A DNA stretch of 64,000 nt, taken from positions 416,001 to 480,000 of the forward strand of contig CAVRGP010000015.1 in NCBI GenBank assembly GCA_963720755.1. Direction: 5' to 3'. This document shows, one piece after another, positions 30,150 through 38,213 of this stretch (the stretch's first letter is position 1; every line of letters begins with the position of its first letter). Source of the DNA: an uncultured Chloroflexia bacterium (GTDB lineage: Bacteria; Chloroflexota; Limnocylindria; Limnocylindrales; CSP1-4). The position numbers and the translations under genes were made by a program. Below the pieces are notes generated by a model that had not been told where the DNA came from, did not search any database, and was given only the letters and a program-made list of their open reading frames with translations.

Positions 30150-31523
30150 ATGATCCACGAGCACACCGACGACGACGACGCACTGACTCCGGCCTATTCA
30201 GGTCGCCTCAACCGAAGCCCGACACCGAAGCACAAGCTCCCCGAGCACGAGTCACCTCCCGCGGCCGTCTACCGGTTCATCCACGACGAACTGCTCCTTG
30301 ATGGGAGTTCCCGCCTGAACATGGCCACGTTCGTGACCACGTGGATGGAGCCCGAGGCCGACCGGCTGATGGCCGAGACTTTCGACAAGAACATGATCGA
30401 CAAGGACGAGTACCCACAGACGGCCGAGATCGAGCGACGCTGCGTGAACATCGTCGCCGACCTGTTCCATGTGCCGGGCAGTGGTGAAGCGATCGGTGTC
30501 TCGACGATCGGATCCAGCGAGGCGGTGATGCTTGCGGGCCTCGCCCTGAAGTGGAAGTGGCGCCAGCGTCGCCAGGCGGCGGGTCTGCCGACGGACAAGC
30601 CCAACATGGTGATGGGCTCGAATGTCCAGGTCGTCTGGGAGAAGTTCTGCCGGTACTGGGACGTCGAGCCGCGCTATGTCCCGATCGCGCATGACCGCTT
30701 TGTCGTGGCTCCCGACGACGTCATGACCCGGGTGGACGAGAACACGATCGGTGTGATCCCGATCCTCGGTACGACGTTCACAGGCGAGTTCGAACCGATC
30801 CGGGAGATCCACGACCGGGTCGTCGCGTATAACCTCGAGCACGATCTCGACATCCCCATCCATGTCGACGCCGCCAGCGGCGGGTTCGTGGCGCCCTTCC
30901 TGCACCCCGACCTCGAGTGGGATTTCCGACTCCCGCAGGTCAAGTCGATCAACGTGTCGGGCCACAAGTACGGGCTGACCTATCCGGGCCTCGGATTTGC
31001 CATCTGGCGCTCGAAGGACGACCTCCCGAACGAGCTGGTGTTCCACGTCAACTACCTGGGCGGCGACATGCCCACGTTCACCCTCAACTTCTCGCGACCG
31101 GGCAACCAGATCGTGGGCCAGTACTACAACTTCGTTCGTCTCGGCCGCGAGGGATACACGCGCATCATGGAGTCGCTGCGCGACATCACGCTGTTCCTGT
31201 CCGGCGAGATCGCCAAGATGGGGCCGTTCGAGGTCATCAGCGACGGCAGCGCGATGCCGGTGATGGCGTTTCGGATGAAGGGCGAGCAGCCGTATACGGT
31301 GTTCCACGTGTCGGACCAGCTGCGCACGGGTGGCTGGCAGGTGCCCGCGTATACGCTGCCGGCCGACGCCACGGACGTCGCCGTGTTGCGCGTGGTCGTC
31401 CGGGAAGGATTCAGTATGGACCTCGCCGAGGCGCTGGTGAGCGCGCTCCGGAAAGCCGTTGACCACCTGACGCGGTTCCCACCATCGCATCCGCCCGAGA
31501 CCGCGGCATTCGCCCACACCTGA
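30150..31523 (+). CDS. gadB: Glutamate decarboxylase
   Basis: NMATFVTTWME, NMIDKDEYPQT, TIGSSEA, HVDAASGGF, SGHKYG (PLP Lys), WQVPAY. Confidence 0.95.
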   Translation: MIHEHTDDDDALTPAYSGRLNRSPTPKHKLPEHESPPAAVYRFIHDELLLDGSSRLNMATFVTTWMEPEADRLMAETFDKNMIDKDEYPQTAEIERRCVNIVADLFHVPGSGEAIGVSTIGSSEAVMLAGLALKWKWRQRRQAAGLPTDKPNMVMGSNVQVVWEKFCRYWDVEPRYVPIAHDRFVVAPDDVMTRVDENTIGVIPILGTTFTGEFEPIREIHDRVVAYNLEHDLDIPIHVDAASGGFVAPFLHPDLEWDFRLPQVKSINVSGHKYGLTYPGLGFAIWRSKDDLPNELVFHVNYLGGDMPTFTLNFSRPGNQIVGQYYNFVRLGREGYTRIMESLRDITLFLSGEIAKMGPFEVISDGSAMPVMAFRMKGEQPYTVFHVSDQLRTGGWQVPAYTLPADATDVAVLRVVVREGFSMDLAEALVSALRKAVDHLTRFPPSHPPETAAFAHT

Positions 31524-31651
31524 TCGGGCGGCATCTCCATGGACCACACGGCTCAGACTCGAAGACCGGTGGATCCAGGAACATCCGAACGAGATGAATG
31601 CGGAATGAGAGCGAATGAAGCTCCTGGAGACGTGGCAACGAGTCGCCCGAC

Positions 31652-32386
31652 GTGACCACATCGAGGGCCGCGGCCCTTGCGATCACGTTGGCGATCCTGG
31701 CTGCAACGGCCGTCGCGTGTGGGTCCGGTTCCAGAGGATCCAGCCCATCGGTACCCAGCCCACATCCCGAGTCGACGTCGACGGCGACACCCTCGCCAAC
31801 CATGGCGGCGCCGGTCCCCGTGCACCTTTCCTTGCTCGTTTCCGAGCTGGTGATCGCGCCGGAGCACCTCGATGGGTACGACCGTGACCTGTTCCCGCTC
31901 TGGATCGACGCGAACGGCAACGGCTGCAACACGCGCTACGAGGTACTCATCGCCGAGGCAGTCATCGCGCCAACGATCTCCGGAAGCTGCAAGCTGACCG
32001 GAGGTTCCTGGGTGAGTCCGTATGACGGCGTCCGGATCGACGATGCAGCCGGGGTCCAGATCGACCACCTCGTCGCCCTGGCCGAGGCGTGGTACTCGGG
32101 GGCGTTCGCCTGGACCACCGAACGGCGCGAACGATTTGCCAACGACCTCGACGTGCCCTGGGAACTGAACGCGGCCTCTCCCCAGTCCAACGAGGCGAAG
32201 GGTTCGAGTGATCCAGCCGAATGGCTGCCGCCCTTGCCCTCGGACCTCTGCCCCTACATCGAGGCTTGGATCGGAACGAAGCTTCGGTGGGCACTATCCG
32301 TCGACCTCGCCGAGAAGGTCGCCCTGGACCGTACGGTCGCCCAGTGTCCGGATTCCGCGATCGTCGTCCCCGAGGCGGCCCCATAA
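31652..32386 (+). CDS. Lipoprotein with DUF1524-type HNH nuclease domain
   Basis: Lipobox AVAC, YDRDLF..W, CNTR, IDHLVALAEAW, FAND, N.AKG..DP..WLP. Confidence 0.85.
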   Translation: MTTSRAAALAITLAILAATAVACGSGSRGSSPSVPSPHPESTSTATPSPTMAAPVPVHLSLLVSELVIAPEHLDGYDRDLFPLWIDANGNGCNTRYEVLIAEAVIAPTISGSCKLTGGSWVSPYDGVRIDDAAGVQIDHLVALAEAWYSGAFAWTTERRERFANDLDVPWELNAASPQSNEAKGSSDPAEWLPPLPSDLCPYIEAWIGTKLRWALSVDLAEKVALDRTVAQCPDSAIVVPEAAP

Positions 32387-32412
32387 GCCACAGATATGTG
32401 GATCGGGATTGA

Positions 32413-33015
32413 CGTGCGACTGGCGCGACACGCACACCGGGCACGTCTCCACCGATCGCCGTCGTTGGGGCCTCCGCGACGCCCACGCAGACGAGCGCTC
32501 CGTCGACGGCCCCTCCCTCAGACTCCGCTACGCCGACGGTCTCCGATGAGCGTTCGGTCGTCGTGATCGGCCACTCGGGCGCGACCGGCTACGATTCGGA
32601 TCCGACCCGACCCGGCGTCGACGTCACCGCGAACTCCTGGGCGACGGGGACCAACCCGAGCGTCGACAGCGAGGAGACGCCGCGGCCGGCGGGATTTGTC
32701 CCGAGCACGGAGCTCTGGTGGATCGATGGGGAGACATTCCTGGGTCGTGTCGGCATCCGCCATCGACTGACGCCGAACCTCCTGGAGACTGGCGGGCACA
32801 TCGGCTACGACGTCCGGCCGTCTGCCCGACGCCGGGGCCACGCGACCGCCATGCTGCGGCAGGCGCTGATCGTCGCGCGAGGGCTCGGCATCGAGCGCGC
32901 CCTCATCACCTGCGATGTCGACAACGTCGGCTCGCGAGCGGTCATCGAGAGAACTGGTGGCGTGCTCGAGGATGAGCGCTCGGGAACACTGCGATTCTGG
33001 GTGTCGACCGGCTGA
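32413..33015 (+). pseudogene. In-frame chimera: SGNH/GDSL-like N-terminal fragment fused to C-terminal half of a GNAT acetyltransferase
   Basis: Pro/Thr linker + VVIGHSGATGYDSDP...NSWATGTNPSVDS switches at about 32670 to ETPRPAGFVP..LWW...IRHRL...GGHIGYDVRPSARRRG. Confidence 0.6.
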
Positions 33016-33557
33016 CGTCGGCACCCGGTCCAGCCTGGCGATCGCACCTACCCGTCGACTTCGAGTCCGAGAGCAGTCCATTCTGGACTCACGCCGAAGA
33101 GGGAGTTCGAGCGGATCAGCTCGACATACTGGCCAGGACCCAGGTGACCGAGGTCCGCGAACACCGCGCCTCCGGGAAAACCCCGGTCGGCGGCGGAGGC
33201 GAAGCTATACAACCAGCCCGCATCATCAACGGAACTGAAGTCGAAGCTGCTGTCGACCGAATGGCCGATCGCGACGATCGTGTGCAAGGCGCGCCGGCAC
33301 CGTCGAGGTGGACAGGGTGAGACGCGTCCATAACTCGTCGGGCGTCGGGATGTCGATCGGCCCCCGCTCACACTCTCGATGGCCACGACCTGCGCCACCG
33401 CCCGCGCGAAATGTGGTGCCAGCATGCGCACATTTCCCGTCGCGATGTGTTGCGGCGGGCCTGGGCGCGCGTCATCGTCGATGTGAAGCCTCGGCGTGGT
33501 CTGATCCTCGGATCGGTGACAGGCGCTGAGGCTTCGCCAGGTGCGGGCGCAGACAGA

Positions 33558-34499
33558 TCAGGGGCGGTCGCCGCGCCATTGGAACTCAGACACGCGCACG
33601 TGCGACTTCGTCGTGCCACCCGCCAGTAGCAGGGTCACTTTCGTCCCGTCGGAAGGGATCGACCAGGTCAGCCATTCGGACGACATGCCTCCATCCATGC
33701 ACGTCCCGATCTCGACCTGCGCCGAGCCGCCGACCCGCGCAGTGACGACCATCGGCTTGCCGCCGACGGGACCGCAGCCGGTTACCTCCAGTGCCCAGCT
33801 AGTCGGCGCCGTCCCATCGGGCAGGGTCGTCGCGTTGAAGGGGAACGAGGCGAAGAACTGCGCCTTGACGCTCCTCGGCTTGGACGGACCGGGAATAGCC
33901 CCCATGCTCATAGAGCCGTCCGATACGAGCGCCGGCTGCGTGGCATCAGCGCTCGAGAACACTGGCAGGACCTCTACCTCGCTCGGGGCATCGATGACAT
34001 TCGAGACCGAGGCAACGAGGTGGACCACCCCGAGGCCGATGAACGGATGATAGGCAACCTGCAGATAGGTCCAGTCCTGTTGCCCGTTGGAGCACTCTGG
34101 CACCTGTGGGCCGGGCCAGGACGTGAAATCGTAGTTGTCCTCTCGGAGGGCGGTTTCCCAGTCGTCTTCAGGCGGCGCGTCCGCCGTGATCGTGAAGTCG
34201 CTGGCGGCGCACGAGGCGGGCAGGAAGGCGACCCGGGCCGCCCACTGCCCATTCGGCATGACCGGGGCCGACGATGGAGCGGTCCAATCCGCTCCAGCGT
34301 CTCCCACCGGCACCAGGAAGGCGTCCCCGGCCAGGTAGGCCGGATCATCGATGCGCAGCCCGCTGTCCGGGCTGGCCGACAGGGTGACGGACGGCTGGGT
34401 TGGCGGATCGCCCGACGGGGACTCAATGGGAGGGACCACGCCGCACGCGGCCACGGACAAGGCGGTCACGATGGCCGCGACCGCGAATCGGGCCGACAT
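33558..34499 (-). CDS. Hypothetical lipoprotein
   Basis: MSARFAVAAIVTALSVAAC lipobox, Pro/Ser linker, beta-rich domains with paired Cys. Confidence 0.7.
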   Translation of the reverse strand: MSARFAVAAIVTALSVAACGVVPPIESPSGDPPTQPSVTLSASPDSGLRIDDPAYLAGDAFLVPVGDAGADWTAPSSAPVMPNGQWAARVAFLPASCAASDFTITADAPPEDDWETALREDNYDFTSWPGPQVPECSNGQQDWTYLQVAYHPFIGLGVVHLVASVSNVIDAPSEVEVLPVFSSADATQPALVSDGSMSMGAIPGPSKPRSVKAQFFASFPFNATTLPDGTAPTSWALEVTGCGPVGGKPMVVTARVGGSAQVEIGTCMDGGMSSEWLTWSIPSDGTKVTLLLAGGTTKSHVRVSEFQWRGDRP

Positions 34500-34711
34500 C
34501 GGGTGCTCAGGCCTAGTAAGCCGCGTGATCGCCACTGGGTCAACCCTTCTGACCGACGTTCGCCGATCGCGTCCATGGTGGGCTGGCGGCATCGGGGGGT
34601 CAATGTGCAGAACGGCAGGGATCGCGCCGAACCCTCGCGAGGCCGGTCGCGAGGCCGATTCCGGAAGGTATCCTTGGGGTCCGATCATCGAACGCATGGG
34701 TTCGCAGGCGC

Positions 34712-34903
34712 ATGACTCCTCCCGACCCGCACACTCAGCCGTCGTACCGGGGCGCGATCACGATGATGGTGCTTGTTCTCGTCGTGATCGCCGTCGTCTG
34801 GTTGCTATTCGTCAATGTGCTCGACTCCGACTTCGGTCGGGGCGTGTACGTCCCGGACGCTGGACCCGGAGCGACATCGACGGTCGACCAGCCGGTCCCC
34901 TGA
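34712..34903 (+). CDS. Small single-TM protein
   Basis: 63 aa with one strong hydrophobic helix. Confidence 0.5.
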   Translation: MTPPDPHTQPSYRGAITMMVLVLVVIAVVWLLFVNVLDSDFGRGVYVPDAGPGATSTVDQPVP

Positions 34904-35166
34904 ACTCGCGACTCCTCGCACCATACCGGGTCGCGGAGGGCGGTCCGCAGATTCAAGGTTCTTACCCGTTTCCCGCGCCGTATCGCAAGCAGCACTGGCT
35001 AGGGTAGGTTCCTGGCCCGACTGTCTCCCCCCAGGCAGTCGGGCCGTGCTGCACCCTGGGACGTTCGCGATGCGGCGAACGTCTGACGCCGAGCGCCAAG
35101 TACGGCCCTGGGCTAGGGTTCGCGGATGCTGTGCCGGGGGTTCCACGGGGGCGTTCGCGAGAGTCG

Positions 35167-35325
35167 ATGATCATCGTGACCAACGCACCGAGCGCCAACC
35201 GCTACGAGGCCCACATCGACGGTGTCCTGGCGGGCATCCTTGCGTACGTCGAGAAACGTGGCCGTCTGGCGCTGGCTCGTTCTTGCGTTGCATCGAAGCA
35301 ACGGCGTATCCTCGCCGCAACCTAA
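35167..35325 (+). pseudogene. Truncated YjdJ-like GNAT acetyltransferase
   Basis: VTNAPSANRYEAHIDGVLAG.L.Y is the family N-terminus, but the expected HTEV...GRG acetyl-CoA motif is missing. Confidence 0.55.
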
Positions 35326-35358
35326 CTCCGGTAGTGGTGCCCCGCGAAGGAGTAGCCG

Positions 35359-36171
35359 ATGCGCGCGTCTCGTCGCCTGTTCAGCCTGCTCAGCGTGCCG
35401 ATCCTGATCGTCGGTTCGTTTGCAGCGGCGAGTCCCGTCCTGGCCGCGTCATGCGACGGTTCCAGTGATCTGGTCGGCAATGGCAGTTTCGAGACGCCGG
35501 TCGTCGCCGCGAACACCTACACGCTGTTCCCGGCCGCATCCGTGCCATCGTGGCAGACGACCGATGGCCTTGGGGAGATCGAGATCTGGGGCGACGGATT
35601 CCTCGGCGTCCCGGCCCCGGACGGCAATGCCTTCGCGGAGATCAATGCCAACACCGACGCGACGCTTTATCAGGATGTCATCTCGACTCCCGGCTCGACG
35701 ATCAGCTGGACGCTGCTTCATCGGGGGCGGGATGGCGATGACACGATGCAGGTGCTGATCGGCGACCCGGACGTCGCGGACATCAACGGCGCGACCGGGT
35801 GGGACTTCATCTCGCCCGACATCATCGACGGCAACACCGCCTGGGCCACGCATGGCGACGACTACATCGTTCCCGACGGCCAGACGTGCACTCGATTGGC
35901 ATTCCGCGCCGTGAGCACCGCATCGGGAAATGCCTCTGTGGGCAACCTGCTTGACGCGGTCGCCATCACCGTGGCACTCCCCGAGCCGACACCCGCACCG
36001 ACTCCCGCCGACACGCCGGTGATCACGGCGCCGCCGACGGACACGTCGGGGATCGCTGGTCCCGGTGACTCCGAGCCCCCGCTCCTCGCCATCATCTTGC
36101 TGGCGCTTGGGAGTTTGGTCGGCATCAGCGCTGCGGTCGCGCGGGCCCGGCGGGAATCCGAAGGCCGATAG
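35359..36171 (+). CDS. Secreted DUF642-like jelly-roll protein with C-terminal PPTDT + TM anchor
   Basis: Signal peptide, LVGNGSFETP, EIW, FAEINA, LYQD...TPG, GNLLDAV; PT linker, TM, basic tail; GAAGGAG RBS. Confidence 0.75.
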   Translation: MRASRRLFSLLSVPILIVGSFAAASPVLAASCDGSSDLVGNGSFETPVVAANTYTLFPAASVPSWQTTDGLGEIEIWGDGFLGVPAPDGNAFAEINANTDATLYQDVISTPGSTISWTLLHRGRDGDDTMQVLIGDPDVADINGATGWDFISPDIIDGNTAWATHGDDYIVPDGQTCTRLAFRAVSTASGNASVGNLLDAVAITVALPEPTPAPTPADTPVITAPPTDTSGIAGPGDSEPPLLAIILLALGSLVGISAAVARARRESEGR

Positions 36172-36190
36172 CCGGCGCTCGCGCACCTCG

Positions 36191-36517
36191 TCACTCGCAG
36201 TGCGCGGGCTTCGGCTTCTTCACCCAGGTGTAGCCGGCTGCGACGCAAGTCTTCTTCTTGGTGTATGCGGACGGCGGGATGGGCGTCGCCGTCGGCGTCG
36301 GGGTCGGCGAAACGACTTCGGAGGGCCCGGAGGCTCCGTTGAGTTGATTCCCGACGTCCGTCAGCGCTCCGGTCAGCTGTCCAGTCAGGAAGAGCGTCGC
36401 CCCGATCGAGACGACAGCGACAAGGACCAGGATCAGGGCGTACTCGACGAGGCCCTGGCCCGCGTCGGCACGTCCGCGCGAAGGGCGTTCGTTCGTATTC
36501 CCGGATTCGTCGGTCAT
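36191..36517 (-). CDS. Flp/Fap pilin with PT linker and small Cys-paired C-terminal domain
   Basis: G|QGLVEYALILVLVAV motif; tail KKKTCVAAGYTWVKKPKPAHCE. Confidence 0.8.
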   Translation of the reverse strand: MTDESGNTNERPSRGRADAGQGLVEYALILVLVAVVSIGATLFLTGQLTGALTDVGNQLNGASGPSEVVSPTPTPTATPIPPSAYTKKKTCVAAGYTWVKKPKPAHCE

Positions 36518-36708
36518 CAAGGGCTCCGGATGGGTGTGAATGGCCGCACCGAACCTACCTCGACCCACCCCGAACGCTCCACGGTACGTAAGTCCGCCTC
36601 CAGACTGGCCCCTATAGGCCCGTTGATGGCTCGCACCGGAAGATGCCTGGATTGACCCGATTCCCCTAGTAATCCCCAGCCGATAGTCCTACTCTCCGGC
36701 GACAGCAA

Positions 36709-36795
36709 GGGGGGCACGGGGCCGCAAGGTCCCACCAGCGCGGCGTCGAACCGGTCGCCAACTCGACGCGCTGGGCCAATGGCGAGACCGACCCC
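36709..36795 (+). ncRNA. c-di-GMP-II-type riboswitch, variant
   Basis: Long stem 36735-36749/36763-36774, loop CGGTCGCCA pseudoknotting with TGGCGAGACCG, 3' signature GGGCCAATGGCGAGACCGACC; 23 nt upstream of the J-domain ATG. Confidence 0.7.
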
Positions 36796-36818
36796 AACAT
36801 GCAATTCGGGGTTGATCG

Positions 36819-37280
36819 ATGGCTGACTACTACGCGACCCTCGGGGTCGACCGATCCGCAGGCCAAGGGACCATTCGAGCTGCCTACCGCTCGCTTGCCC
36901 GGCGAAGTCACCCGGACGCCGGTGGCGACGCCACGGCCATGGCCCGGCTCAACGACGCCTGGGGCATCCTGAGCAAGCCTGAGCGCCGAGCGTCCTATGA
37001 CGCCGAGCTCCGAGCACAGGAAGAGCAGGCGAAGCGCCCGACGGCCACGCCTCGGCGGGCACACGACGGCCACACGATCCTCGATTTCGGGCGGTATTCC
37101 GGATGGTCGCTGGCCGACGTGGCGCACGCCGACGACGATTACCTCGTCTGGTTGTCGCGGACGCCGACGGGCCGACCATTGCGCCGCGAGATCAATGAGC
37201 TGCTCGAATCGCGTGCCCGCGCGGTCGAGGCCGTCCGACCGACCGCCACCGCGGCGCGCCGAAGGCTATGGCGCCGCTGA
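36819..37280 (+). CDS. J-domain protein with C-terminal FGRY.G...YL.WL domain (DUF3820/ExoX-C-like)
   Basis: DYYATLGV, HPD motif, LNDAW..L..PERRASYD; ILDFGRYSGWSLADVA...DYLVWL. Confidence 0.85.
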   Translation: MADYYATLGVDRSAGQGTIRAAYRSLARRSHPDAGGDATAMARLNDAWGILSKPERRASYDAELRAQEEQAKRPTATPRRAHDGHTILDFGRYSGWSLADVAHADDDYLVWLSRTPTGRPLRREINELLESRARAVEAVRPTATAARRRLWRR

Positions 37281-37327
37281 ACCCTCAGGCCCGCTAGGAT
37301 GGCCGGACCACGACGAGGGAGATTGCG

Positions 37328-38185
37328 ATACCCGCGGACCAGCCCGACCAGCAGCCTACCGACCAGCCTTCGCCGTCCGACGACAACGGACCGGACGCGG
37401 CGACCGCTCGCGTTCCGGTCGATCCGGAGGCGCCGGCCCAACCGTCGCACGGACTGATCTCGGCCGAGCCCGTCGGCTGGAGCGAGACACCGGGTCCGGA
37501 GGGGACGCTGTCTCCACGACCCGACGCGACGACGCCGGTCTGGACGCCGCCCGCGCCGCGGCCCGCGATGGCAGGCACCGACGGCCTGGTGATCTCGGGC
37601 GTCTTCGCCAGGGTCGTCGCCTACGCCATCGACCTGTCGTTGCTTTCGGCCCTGAATGTCGCCATCTCCGGGGCGCTCGGGCTGTTCTCCGAAGATCGCA
37701 ACGAGACGGTGGCCCTGGTCGTCAGTGCCGTGCTGATCGGCGTCGACTTCCTGTACTTCGTCGGGTTCTGGACGAGTCGCCTGCAAGCCACGCTCGGGAT
37801 GCGCTTGATCCGCTTGCGGGTCCTCGGATCGGTCAGTGCCCGCACCCTGTCCGCGAATGACGCCCTGCTCCGATGGCTCGCCCTCAGCGGCGCGGTATCG
37901 ATCCTTGCCTTCGTGCCGTCGATCGCACCGTCCGTCGGGCTGCTCGGCGGCATCTGGATCCTCATGCTGCTGGTGACCACGGCGATGAACCCGTTGCGGC
38001 AGGGTCTTCACGATCGCTGGGCGCGTTCCGTGATCGTCCAGCCGGCACCGGGCGGCTCAGGGCTTGCGATCGTGGGCTGCCTCGTGCTCATGGTGGTGTT
38101 CTTCGTCTTCGTGCCTGTGGCATTGCTGGCGTTCTCGGGCGACCAGATCCGGGAGATCCTCAACGAGATCGGCAACTCCGTCTGA
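37328..38185 (+). CDS. RDD family membrane protein (start uncertain: ATA 37328 or ATG 37568)
   Basis: ARVVAYAID, ATLGMRL, RQGLHDRWA motifs; Pro-rich N-terminal extension open back to 37298. Confidence 0.8.
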   Translation: MPADQPDQQPTDQPSPSDDNGPDAATARVPVDPEAPAQPSHGLISAEPVGWSETPGPEGTLSPRPDATTPVWTPPAPRPAMAGTDGLVISGVFARVVAYAIDLSLLSALNVAISGALGLFSEDRNETVALVVSAVLIGVDFLYFVGFWTSRLQATLGMRLIRLRVLGSVSARTLSANDALLRWLALSGAVSILAFVPSIAPSVGLLGGIWILMLLVTTAMNPLRQGLHDRWARSVIVQPAPGGSGLAIVGCLVLMVVFFVFVPVALLAFSGDQIREILNEIGNSV

Positions 38186-38213
38186 GCCGGCCGGACCTCA
38201 TAGACTTGGCCTG

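Noticed and set aside
33048-33431. 127-aa minus-strand ORF as an intact gene
   Set aside because: Only the C-terminal part looks protein-like and there is no credible start or family motif; treated as a possible remnant
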